Of a DNA stretch of 64,000 nucleotides, positions 30,562 through 39,618 are shown piece by piece. How positions within the stretch are numbered: the stretch's first letter is position 1; every line of letters begins with the position of its first letter. This DNA is from Trueperaceae bacterium (GTDB lineage Bacteria > Deinococcota > Deinococci > Deinococcales > Trueperaceae). The stretch is from contig OZ243927.1 in assembly GCA_965213925.1 (NCBI GenBank), positions 3,904,001-3,968,000 of the forward strand, in the 5' to 3' direction. The translations under genes and the position numbers were made by a program. The notes under the pieces are model-generated. The model had not been told where the DNA came from, did not search any database, and saw only the letters and a list, made by a program, of their open reading frames with translations.

Positions 30562-31071
30562 TCAGAAAGAGACGCTGATGCTGCCGTTCTCGAGGATGAT
30601 GCGCTGATTCGCCTCGAGAAACGAACTCCCCGCCAAAGACGCGCCCAGGTAATAGTTTGGTCTGGCGATGAGGTCAGCCAGTGCGCCGCTGTATTCGCCG
30701 CCGCCGACCTCGATGGGTTTTGTCTCACCGGGCTCGAGTCGGGTAACATCTGACAGCACGATATCGGCGTCTGAAGCGTCGGCACAGAACGCTTGGTCCC
30801 CTTCTCGCCCGGCGGGGGCGGCTTCGCGTCCGTAGACCCGGAGGGTCACAGCCTCGGGCTCACCGATCAAACTGCTCGATTCGTAGGTCGCGTCCGCCCG
30901 GTAGGTCGCCCTGCGAAAGTTCGCCGGTGCGCTCTCCGTGCTCAGCGCGTAGCAAACGCGGCCGTTGCTGCTTCCGGCGGGCAATTCGACGTCGGGCACG
31001 GAGATACGAACGGGGGCAAACGAGCACCCCGCTAAGAATACAAGAATGATTGCGCAAAAAATTCTGGTCAT
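30562..31071 (-). CDS. Hypothetical lipoprotein
   Basis: Lipobox LAGC; GAGAGG SD. Confidence 0.7.
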   Translation of the reverse strand: MTRIFCAIILVFLAGCSFAPVRISVPDVELPAGSSNGRVCYALSTESAPANFRRATYRADATYESSSLIGEPEAVTLRVYGREAAPAGREGDQAFCADASDADIVLSDVTRLEPGETKPIEVGGGEYSGALADLIARPNYYLGASLAGSSFLEANQRIILENGSISVSF

Positions 31072-31501
31072 AAAGAACCTCTCAGCTCGGTATACCTAGA
31101 GATTGTGCAAAGGGATGTGAAAAGGCTTAAATCCATCCGGTAGACAATTGATGCATCGCACTTTAGCGTATCACCTATCCTATATCTATGAGTTTACCAT
31201 TTGTAATTCGTTAAGAAACCTTAATTTTCTCCACATGAACTTGGGGTGTGAAATGTTTCATAGTTGACTCTAGTTAATGAATTTCATGAACGGAGGCTAC
31301 CAAATACCGTTGCGCTACCGAGCCCTACGGGTTGTTCTTAGCACGCTAAGAGACACCTAGAGAGTGTCGCTATAGCAAGTCGCGGTCTTTGTTGATGGCG
31401 TCACACATTGCAATCCACGCCTTAGATTGCCCTATCTTGATTGCCCGGTGACGAAACATTCCGCTTTTATTACGACTTTCCACAGAATAGGACTTGTTTT
31501 T

Positions 31502-33190
31502 ATGACCTTACGGTATCTTATGGGGCGCTCACGCCTTCGCTCATCTGTATTTTTTGCGGTCACGCTCGCGCTTTTGCTCACGGCTTGTACGAGCGGTCTA
31601 GAAGACGCCCCCGAATTAGAGACTGCAGCGACCAAGACCACCACCTCGCGCATCAGCTCCGACCGCGACGACGCCGAAGAGCGCGCCTCGGGCAAGGTCG
31701 TGACCAGCAGCACCGACATTGAGCTGACCGACGACATCAAGCGCGGGCAGCAGCGCGTCGGACTGCGCTTCAACAACGTCAAGGTGCCACACGGCACGGA
31801 TATCAAAGAGGCGTACATTCAGTTCAAAGCCGACGAGACCGACTCGGGCGCGATCAAGGTGCGCATCCACGCGCATGATACGAACGACGCGCCTGGCTTC
31901 TCGTCGGGCAAAAAGAGGGACATCTCCAAGCGGAAGAAGACCTCAGCGTCGAAGAGCTGGAGCATCGCGAGTTGGAAGAAGCGGGGCGAAAGAGGACGCA
32001 AGCAGCGCACACCCGACCTGGACAAAGTGGTCGAAGAGGTCACAGACCGCGAGGGCTGGCGTTCGGGCAACGCGATGGTCTTTGTTATCTCGAGCAGCGA
32101 CAAGAACGACCGGCGCGTGGCGGAGTCGTACCGCGGTGACAAGAAGGGTGCGCCCACGCTCGTTATCAAGTATAGCGGCGGCAGCAAGAGCGAGCCTAAG
32201 CCGTCCAACCCTCCCCAAGCTAAGGGTGGCAAAGCCCGCATCATCTTGGACACCGATATAGGCGTAGACGTCGACGACGCGGGCGCACTCGCCGTGCTGC
32301 ACACCCTGGCAGACCGGGGCGAAGCTAGAATTTTGGCGACGGTCTCGAATACCTACGACCCCTACGCCGCCGCCGCCATCGACGCCATCAATACCTACTA
32401 CGGCCGCCCCAACATCCCCGTAGGTCGCAACGCGAACCGCAAGCAGCTCCCTAAAGCGACCCCCTGGTGGCGCAAGAACGACGCCCACTTCGTCCGGAGC
32501 GTCGCCAAGCGCTTCCCGAACAACACGGGCTCCAAGGTGCCTTCAGCCGTCTCGGTCTACCGCAAAGCGCTCGCCTCGCAGCCGGACAGGAGCGTCACTG
32601 TGGTCTCGGTTGGGTTCATGAGCAACTTAGCGGACTTGCTCAAGTCGAAGCCGGACAAGTACAGCAAGCTGAGCGGCAAAGCGCTCGTCAAGCGCAAGGT
32701 CAAAGACTTGGTCATTATGGGCGGCACCTATCCGCGCAGCAGCCGCGACCTCTACCTCAAAGGGACCAGAAAGGGCAACATCTCGCCCCAAATCGCGGGC
32801 TACGTGCTCAAGAGCTGGCCGACGAGGATGACGTTCGCAGCGGGCAACGTCTGCGGCGGCATCAAGAACGGGCACACGCTCGCCAAGAAGACGCCTAAGA
32901 GCAACCCCGTCCGCGAGTCTTACCGCCTCTTCTTCGGCAAGTCGGGCGTCGGACGTGTCAGTTGGGACCTCTGCGCCGTGCTCTACGCCGTGCGCGGCTC
33001 CTCCGGACCCGGCGGCGAGACCTATTTCGCCAGACGCGACGTCGACAAGCACCTCACCATCAACAAGAGCGGCAGCACCCAGTGGGTTTCGCCCAGCAAC
33101 GGTCGCCACACGCGGCTCGTGAGGAAGATGTCGAGCAAGAAGATCACCGCGCGACTCGAGGCCCTCTTGGTCACCCCCCCACGGCGCTAG
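31502..33190 (+). CDS. Lipoprotein: N-terminal beta-rich module fused to a nucleoside hydrolase (IU-NH) like domain
   Basis: Lipobox LTAC; ILDTDIGVDVDDAGAL (DxDxxxDD), VIMGG and SWD motifs; start uncertain. Confidence 0.8.
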   Translation: MTLRYLMGRSRLRSSVFFAVTLALLLTACTSGLEDAPELETAATKTTTSRISSDRDDAEERASGKVVTSSTDIELTDDIKRGQQRVGLRFNNVKVPHGTDIKEAYIQFKADETDSGAIKVRIHAHDTNDAPGFSSGKKRDISKRKKTSASKSWSIASWKKRGERGRKQRTPDLDKVVEEVTDREGWRSGNAMVFVISSSDKNDRRVAESYRGDKKGAPTLVIKYSGGSKSEPKPSNPPQAKGGKARIILDTDIGVDVDDAGALAVLHTLADRGEARILATVSNTYDPYAAAAIDAINTYYGRPNIPVGRNANRKQLPKATPWWRKNDAHFVRSVAKRFPNNTGSKVPSAVSVYRKALASQPDRSVTVVSVGFMSNLADLLKSKPDKYSKLSGKALVKRKVKDLVIMGGTYPRSSRDLYLKGTRKGNISPQIAGYVLKSWPTRMTFAAGNVCGGIKNGHTLAKKTPKSNPVRESYRLFFGKSGVGRVSWDLCAVLYAVRGSSGPGGETYFARRDVDKHLTINKSGSTQWVSPSNGRHTRLVRKMSSKKITARLEALLVTPPRR

Positions 33191-33211
33191 TCGTCCCACG
33201 AAAAACCTTCG

Positions 33212-33245
33212 CGAGACCTCTTAGCCTTCTAAGAGGTCTCGTTTT
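33212..33245 (+). terminator. Intrinsic terminator
   Basis: CGAGACCTCTTAG-CCTT-CTAAGAGGTCTCG-TTTT. Confidence 0.8.
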
Positions 33246-33338
33246 ATGCGGAAGCTTCGTTCTGCGTGTCGGATGTGCTCGCCTTTGTCGCACCTTTTGA
33301 CGAAGAGAACCGCGTGCGGCTTTTCGACCTCTTGAGAC

Positions 33339-33515
33339 TTAGTACACTGTCAACTAAGTATTGATACCTTCTTACTGATGTCACCCTGAGCCGAAGGCGT
33401 GAGGGTCTCGTTTTTCATTCTCTGTCAGAGGAGTCAGCAAGGGCAGAGATTCTTACGCTCCACTGCGTTCCGCTCAGAATGACATGCCTTATTTTTAACT
33501 TAACGCTGTACTTAG
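33339..33515. mobile_element. MITE-like element, copy 3 (short form)
   Basis: TTAGTACACTGTCAACTAAGTATTG start as in copy 1; ACTTAACGCTGTACTTAG end as in copy 2. Confidence 0.72.
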
Positions 33516-33588
33516 TTATGCGCTTCTCTTACCAAGCGTTAGAAGGCTCAGGCTTGAATCTGCCGTTGGAACGAGAGAGGTGCTTCGT

Positions 33589-34443
33589 TTAACCCGACCT
33601 CAACCTCTTTAACACCTCTCGCCCCTGCTGCTCGAACGCCTCGTCGCTATGTTCTCTCGCCCACATAACTGTCGTCAGTGCTGTATGCGCTGACAGCTTC
33701 GTCAATACGTCCCTCTCTTCAACGGTTAAGCTGCGTCCATAGCCTCTCCAAAAAGCAGCCGCTAAATCTGGACGGCGTTGCCATATGCCACTCCAAAGTC
33801 TCTCTACGTCCAGAAACCAGAGGTCGGGTCTGGCGTGTTCGAAGTCGATGACGTAGACGTCTTCACCATCTAAAAGCCAGTTGCGCGCGGTGTAGTCACG
33901 GTGGCAGGGAACGCGCGTCCAACCTCGCGCGCGGATGACTGTAACGGCGTCCTCGAGCTGTCCCCGCACCCAATCGACGGTTTGCGACTCTATCAGCCCC
34001 TCGCCCCTCTTGATCCAAGCCTCGGACCTCTTGAGTAGCGCGTCAGCGAGGGGAAGCGCGTCCGTATCTGCAAAGGGCAAGTCGTGAAGCCGCCGCAAAA
34101 ACGCACCGGCGCGGCGGTAAACCTCTCTTTCCTGAGCTTCTGTTGGCTTGACCTCTTGTGCGAGCACGCCGGGGACGGCAGAGAGAAGTAGTGCGTTAGG
34201 ATTTTTACGAGTGGCGACAAGGTCGGGCACCAGCGTCAGATGAGGGGTCCAATTTTGATAAGCGTAGACCTCTTGCTGAAACTTGCGCGGCTGCTTGTGT
34301 TGCTTGAGGTAGTAGCGTCTCCCCTTCGCGGAGACTTCCCACACGTTCGACTCGGCGTGGTCCCAGCCGCAAAAGCGCGTGACCTCGAACGGTCCTAGCG
34401 CCGCGCGGAGAAACTTCTCTAAGGCAGCCTCGGGGCGACGCAC
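33589..34443 (-). CDS. Aminoglycoside phosphotransferase / kinase-like family protein
   Basis: YYLKQH, CHRDYTARNWL and VIDFE motifs. Confidence 0.85.
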   Translation of the reverse strand: MRRPEAALEKFLRAALGPFEVTRFCGWDHAESNVWEVSAKGRRYYLKQHKQPRKFQQEVYAYQNWTPHLTLVPDLVATRKNPNALLLSAVPGVLAQEVKPTEAQEREVYRRAGAFLRRLHDLPFADTDALPLADALLKRSEAWIKRGEGLIESQTVDWVRGQLEDAVTVIRARGWTRVPCHRDYTARNWLLDGEDVYVIDFEHARPDLWFLDVERLWSGIWQRRPDLAAAFWRGYGRSLTVEERDVLTKLSAHTALTTVMWAREHSDEAFEQQGREVLKRLRSG

Positions 34444-34450
34444 GCGCGGC

Positions 34451-35539
34451 TCAAGGTGCGTCGCCGCGCACGACTTCGACGCGGTTGCGCCCGCCGCGCT
34501 TCGCCGCGTAGAGCGCTCTGTCGGCGCGTTGGACGAGCCTTTCTAGCGTGTCCCCTAGCGCGTACACCGTCACGCCGCAACTCACCGTGACGCGGTGATC
34601 CCCAACTAAAGGTCTCGCTTCGACCGCTTCGCGCAGCCGCTCGGCGCGGCGCAGCGCGCCCGGTTCGTCCACGTGCCGCACCAAAACGATGAACTCCTCG
34701 CCACCCCAACGCCCGAGCGCGTCCCCCGTGCGGAGGTGCTCGGCGAGCCGCTGCACGGCGGCTGAAAGCACCATGTCGCCGACGTTATGACCGAAGATGT
34801 CATTGATCTTTTTGAAGTGGTCGAAGTCGATCATCATGACAGCGAACGAACTACCCTTGCGCCCCTCGATCAGCGCGTCTTGCAGCAAGAGGTTCATCTG
34901 CCGCCGGTTCGGAACGCCCGTAAGTGCGTCGTGATAGGCGAGCTTCTGAAGCTGCGTGACGTCTTCGCTGACGCCGGATAGGGGCAGGTGAGCGCGCGTC
35001 AGTGCGTGGAGCGCAGCGAGGCACGCGCCGTGCCCGATAAGGAGCGCGGCGGGCAGCAGAAATCCGCTGGACAGCCGCACGTCACCCGCGGTCGCGAGCG
35101 CGTGCGGCACGCTCGCTGCGACAAACGCGCCCAGCGCCACCACCGAGACGCTCAGCGCCGTCTTGGACGGGTAAACCGAGAAGAAGGCGGCGTAGATAGC
35201 GGGCAGCCACAAGACGACCTTGAACACCGCGAATTGCTCGACGCTCGAGCCGTAGGAGTAGTAAAAGGCGTCGAGCCAGGCGACCAAGAGGACCGTGAGG
35301 TAGACGAACGTTCCTAACTCCACCGCCCGCTCGCGGTGACGCGGCGGCGCGAGGAACGCAGCTAGGCTCGAGAGAATAAGCAGCCCGTAGAGGCTGCGGT
35401 TGAGCGGAAACGCGATGCCCATGCGCTCGTAAAAAGCGAGCCATAAAACGCTCATCAGCAGGCTGAGGAGCGCCAGAGCGCGCTGCAACGCGCCACGCGG
35501 CGACGACGAGTAGTAGGGCCAAAATAGAGGCGTCAACAT
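34451..35539 (-). CDS. Membrane-bound diguanylate cyclase (GGDEF)
   Basis: Several TMs; DALTGVPNRR, DFDHFKKIND..GH, I-site RTGD and active site GGEEF. Confidence 0.9.
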   Translation of the reverse strand: MLTPLFWPYYSSSPRGALQRALALLSLLMSVLWLAFYERMGIAFPLNRSLYGLLILSSLAAFLAPPRHRERAVELGTFVYLTVLLVAWLDAFYYSYGSSVEQFAVFKVVLWLPAIYAAFFSVYPSKTALSVSVVALGAFVAASVPHALATAGDVRLSSGFLLPAALLIGHGACLAALHALTRAHLPLSGVSEDVTQLQKLAYHDALTGVPNRRQMNLLLQDALIEGRKGSSFAVMMIDFDHFKKINDIFGHNVGDMVLSAAVQRLAEHLRTGDALGRWGGEEFIVLVRHVDEPGALRRAERLREAVEARPLVGDHRVTVSCGVTVYALGDTLERLVQRADRALYAAKRGGRNRVEVVRGDAP

Positions 35540-35736
35540 GAGTTTTCTCGGTAACGTGGCATAACTTTCCCCCAAGCGAGTATACCAAAAGCGTCGTGAT
35601 GTACTTCCGCCAAGTCGTAGGGGTGAAGGACCGCGCTGACGAAGCGCACAGCGCTCCGTAAGGCACATTTACAGAGCAAGGCGAATTTGCAAGGCAAGGC
35701 GGTTTCCTCCGCCCCGAAAGCGGGTATAACCGGGGG

Positions 35737-36594
35737 GTGGATAGCGGCGTCCGAGTCCGTAAGGTAGCGCAGACGAAAACGAAACTTTGGGAGTGGCCCA
35801 CCGTACTCTCCCTGGACGCGCCGCTCATCGCGGTGCTCTGGCAGGCGCTCTTCGCGCAAGTTTTCGGCGTATCTCTGGCGTGGTACTACGTCTTCCTCTT
35901 AGCTGCTCCCGTGTGGCTCGTCTACAGCGCGGACCGCCTTTTCGACGGCTGGCAGCGCCACCCCGAGGGTGCGCAAACCCGTCGCCACCGCTTCTACATC
36001 GTGTACCGCAAAGAGGTTGTAGGGGTGTGGCTCGCGGTCCTCGTGGTCAGCCTGCTCGCCGCGCTCCTCACCTTGCGCCCAATCGAACTTTTAGGCGGAC
36101 TCTTGGTCCTCAGCGCGACGCTGGGGTATCTCGCGCGGCTTCACCTCTCTCCGGGAACGAAGCTCATCGTTCCCAAAGAGGTTCAAGTCGCGCTCCTCTT
36201 CGGCGCGGGCGTGGCGCTCTTTCTGGTGCCGAGCCTCGAGTTTCCTTGGCGCATCCTTTCACCCCTCGTACTTTTCACGCTGCTCTGCGCCCTCAACTGC
36301 GCGTTCATCAGCCACTGGGAAGCGGCGACGGACACGCAGCAACACCTGTCCCTCTTGCGCTATTCCCGTTTGGAAGGGCGGCTCTTACACGTTGCCCTCG
36401 CGCTCACGTGCGTAGGGGTGCTCTTCACCTCTGCCTTTTCCGGTGCCGCGCCCCTCTACGGTGCCGTCGCCGGGAGCGCCTTGGCTTTATTTGAATTGGA
36501 ACGCACCCACCTCGGTCCCGCCGCCCTGCGCGTGCTAGGCGACGCCGCCCTGCTTACGCCCGCGCCGCTCCTTATAGCGTTCTGGCTCATCTAA
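35737..36594 (+). CDS. Multi-TM hypothetical protein (UbiA prenyltransferase-like)
   Basis: LSLDAP, WLVYSADRLFD, PKE motifs; about eight TMs. Confidence 0.65.
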   Translation: MDSGVRVRKVAQTKTKLWEWPTVLSLDAPLIAVLWQALFAQVFGVSLAWYYVFLLAAPVWLVYSADRLFDGWQRHPEGAQTRRHRFYIVYRKEVVGVWLAVLVVSLLAALLTLRPIELLGGLLVLSATLGYLARLHLSPGTKLIVPKEVQVALLFGAGVALFLVPSLEFPWRILSPLVLFTLLCALNCAFISHWEAATDTQQHLSLLRYSRLEGRLLHVALALTCVGVLFTSAFSGAAPLYGAVAGSALALFELERTHLGPAALRVLGDAALLTPAPLLIAFWLI

Positions 36595-36602
36595 GCGAAG
36601 AC

Positions 36603-37247
36603 GTGAAGAGTTTCGACCGCTTGGCGCGATCTTATCGGCTGCTCGAGCACCTAACCTTCGGTTTTGACCTCACGCGCACCCGCACCGCCTTTCTGAACGA
36701 ACTTACGGGCGCGGAACGTGTGCTCATCTTGGGCGAAGGGGACGGGCGCTTTTTAGCGCGGTTTTTGCAGATTAATTCTTGCGCTCAGGTTGACTGCGTG
36801 GATAAGAGCTTAGAGATGTTGAAGCTGGCGGAAAAGCGGGTCTCGAGCCTACGCGCCGAGCCCCGCGTCACTTTCCACCACGCCGACGCCCTCACGTTCA
36901 GTTACCCCGCACGTCACTATGACCTCATTATCACGCTCTTTTTTCTGGATGTTTTTACGGAAACGCAGCTAGAGCACCTCATCCCTAAACTCGCACAGAG
37001 TTTGGAACCCGAGGGTCTCTGGTATACCGCCGACTTTTGCGTTCCGCAAGGACCTCTTCAACGCCTCCATAGTCTGCTCTGGCTCCGCTTGCTCTACGGC
37101 TTTTTCAACTGGCAGACCGATATGCAAGCGCGTGCGCTCGCTGACCCGGCACCTCACTTTGAAAAACAGGGGTTAGGCCCGCGCCAGACTCGCCATAGAC
37201 GCCTGGGAATGCTCTACAGTCAGGTCTTACAGAAAGAATCGGCATAA
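36603..37247 (+). CDS. Class I SAM-dependent methyltransferase
   Basis: VLILGEGDGRF, VDKS..ML, FFLD motifs. Confidence 0.88.
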   Translation: MKSFDRLARSYRLLEHLTFGFDLTRTRTAFLNELTGAERVLILGEGDGRFLARFLQINSCAQVDCVDKSLEMLKLAEKRVSSLRAEPRVTFHHADALTFSYPARHYDLIITLFFLDVFTETQLEHLIPKLAQSLEPEGLWYTADFCVPQGPLQRLHSLLWLRLLYGFFNWQTDMQARALADPAPHFEKQGLGPRQTRHRRLGMLYSQVLQKESA

Positions 37248-37365
37248 AGTGGAACCGACGCGCCCAAATATTTTGCTCAATTCGCTCTGTAAGGCCGACG
37301 CCCTTCTCACACCCTCACATCTTTTATACTGAACCTAGCGTTCAGCGGGACAAAAGGGGGAACGT

Positions 37366-37656
37366 ATGCAGGGGGAAAAAGCGACTTTGTCAGGCTCTGC
37401 AGGCTTGGGTTTGCTCGTGGTTCGCGCGGGGCACATCTCGGGCTACTGGCGAGCCGAAGCGGGGTGTCCGCACCTCTACACTCGGCTTCATAGCTTCTAC
37501 CAGAGTCAAGCGAGCGTACTGTATTGCGGCTGCGTTTACAACGAAGAAACGCGCAGCGCGTCGTGGAAGAGGTTGGAGGTAGTGATCTCGAGCTGGGCAC
37601 ACCACGACCACCCAAGTAGTTTAGAGCTTCGCGCTCTACAACCCAGTTTCAACTAA
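37366..37656 (+). CDS. Hypothetical protein (96 aa)
   Basis: AAGGGGG SD-like sequence and upstream TATACT; no family recognised. Confidence 0.35.
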   Translation: MQGEKATLSGSAGLGLLVVRAGHISGYWRAEAGCPHLYTRLHSFYQSQASVLYCGCVYNEETRSASWKRLEVVISSWAHHDHPSSLELRALQPSFN

Positions 37657-37809
37657 AAAACTTCAAACCACTCCGCGCTACCGGACAATCTTTCGGTAGC
37701 GTATTTGGTATGTATATTTCTGTAAGGGGTTGACGCGCAACCTGTGGGCAGCATTCTGCAGCGTCAACTCAACGTTTATGAACCAATAAAAAATTGAGTA
37801 AGGAGTCTT

Positions 37810-39618
37810 ATGACCCAATCATCTACGCAAACAAATATGCAAACGGAGACCGAAAGCAGCGTCAAATACCCCTATCTCGGCGCGACGGTAGAAGAAGGGG
37901 GCGTGCGCTTCCGCGTCGTGTCGCCACCTTCCGAAAAAGTCGAGGTGGTTTTGGAGGGGGGCGAGAGCTACGCGATGACCCAAGAGGGCGACCTCTTTGA
38001 AGCGTTCGTAGAGGGTGTCAAAGCGGGCACGCGCTACCGCTACCGCTTTGACGGGGACAACGAGTTCCCCGACCCCGCCTCACGCTTTCAACCCGAAGGC
38101 GTTCACGGTCCCTCCGAAGTCGTTGACCCGAGCACATTTGAATGGAGCGACGGCGGCTGGCAGGGCGTCCCGCACAAAAATTTGGTCTTTTACGAACTTC
38201 ACGTCGGCACGTTCACGCAAGAAGGCACCTACAATGCCGCCAAAGAAAAACTCCCCTACCTCAAGGACTTAGGTATTACAGCGGTGGAACTCCTGCCCGT
38301 CTCCGACTTTCCCGGCGAGCGCAATTGGGGCTACGACCCCGCCGCGCAGTACGCGCCCACGCACGCCTACGGCACACCGGACGAGCTGCGCGAGTTCGTC
38401 AACGAGGCGCATAAACTCGGCTTAGCCGTTTACTTAGACGTCGTCTACAACCACTTCGGACCGGACGGCGCGTACGTCGTGGGCATCAACCCGCAGATGT
38501 TTACAGACAAACACGAGACGCCTTGGGGTCAAGCTATCAACATGGACGATGAAGGCGCGGAGCACGTGCGGCAGTTTTTCTTGGAGAACGCGGTGCACTG
38601 GCTCACCGAGTACCACTTCGACGGCTTCCGCTTGGACGCGGTTTTCGCGATTATCGACGACTCGCCTAAGCATTTCTTAGCCGAACTGACCGAAGCGTGC
38701 GAAGATGTACCGGGCTGGCGGCGCTTTTTGATCGCGGAGGACCCGCGCAACTACCGTAAACTCGTCGAGCCACGCAGCGAAGGCGGCTATGGCTTGGACG
38801 GCATCTGGGCGGACGACTTTCACCACATCGTCCGGGTGAATTTGGCGGGAGACCGCTACGGGTACTTCAAAGATTTTGAAGGTACAACCGAGGAGATGGC
38901 GGCGACCTTGGAACAAGGCTGGTACTACACTGGGCAACATTCCGAGAACGAAGGGGAAGAGAGGGGCACGACCACCGAAGGTTTGCGCCCCGAACACTTC
39001 ACCCTCACGATCCAGAACCACGACCAGGTCGGCAACCGTCCGCGGGGCAACCGTCTGAGCGACGAAACCTCACCGGGCGGCTTCCGGGCGGCGAGCGCCC
39101 TCTTGCTCTTCGCGCCGCAACTTCCGCTCATGTTCATGGGACAAGAGTGGGCGACAAAGACACCCTTTCAGTACTTCACCGACCACAACGAGGAGTTGGG
39201 CAAACTCGTGAGCGAGGGGCGCAAGGAGGAGTTCAAGGACTTCCCCGACTTCCAGGGCGACGTGCCCGACCCGCAGGACCCGGAGACCTTTACGCGGAGC
39301 AAGCTGGATTGGAACGAGTTGGAGAAACCTGAGCACGCCAACGTTCACAAGATGTACCAGGAACTTCTGACGGTGCGCCCCGACTTTACAGGTGAGGTTA
39401 GGCGTGAGCATGTGAGCGAGGGTGGGCTTGTCATAAGGCGGGACGACCACGTATTAGCAGTCGCTTTACGCGAAAACGTTCAGTTACCTCTTCCCGAAAA
39501 TGCGCAACCCCTCTGGCAAAGTGAGGACTACGCCGTAGAGCCCGGTCCACCCGAAATCACGGGTCAAGAGGTCCGCTTCACGACGCCCGGTGCAGTGCTC
39601 TTCAAGGTAAGCGCGTGA
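37810..39618 (+). CDS. treZ: Malto-oligosyltrehalose trehalohydrolase
   Basis: PDPASRFQPEGVHGPS, YELHVGTFT, NWGYD, DVVYNHFGPDG, GFRLDA, QNHDQVGNR. Confidence 0.95.
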   Translation: MTQSSTQTNMQTETESSVKYPYLGATVEEGGVRFRVVSPPSEKVEVVLEGGESYAMTQEGDLFEAFVEGVKAGTRYRYRFDGDNEFPDPASRFQPEGVHGPSEVVDPSTFEWSDGGWQGVPHKNLVFYELHVGTFTQEGTYNAAKEKLPYLKDLGITAVELLPVSDFPGERNWGYDPAAQYAPTHAYGTPDELREFVNEAHKLGLAVYLDVVYNHFGPDGAYVVGINPQMFTDKHETPWGQAINMDDEGAEHVRQFFLENAVHWLTEYHFDGFRLDAVFAIIDDSPKHFLAELTEACEDVPGWRRFLIAEDPRNYRKLVEPRSEGGYGLDGIWADDFHHIVRVNLAGDRYGYFKDFEGTTEEMAATLEQGWYYTGQHSENEGEERGTTTEGLRPEHFTLTIQNHDQVGNRPRGNRLSDETSPGGFRAASALLLFAPQLPLMFMGQEWATKTPFQYFTDHNEELGKLVSEGRKEEFKDFPDFQGDVPDPQDPETFTRSKLDWNELEKPEHANVHKMYQELLTVRPDFTGEVRREHVSEGGLVIRRDDHVLAVALRENVQLPLPENAQPLWQSEDYAVEPGPPEITGQEVRFTTPGAVLFKVSA

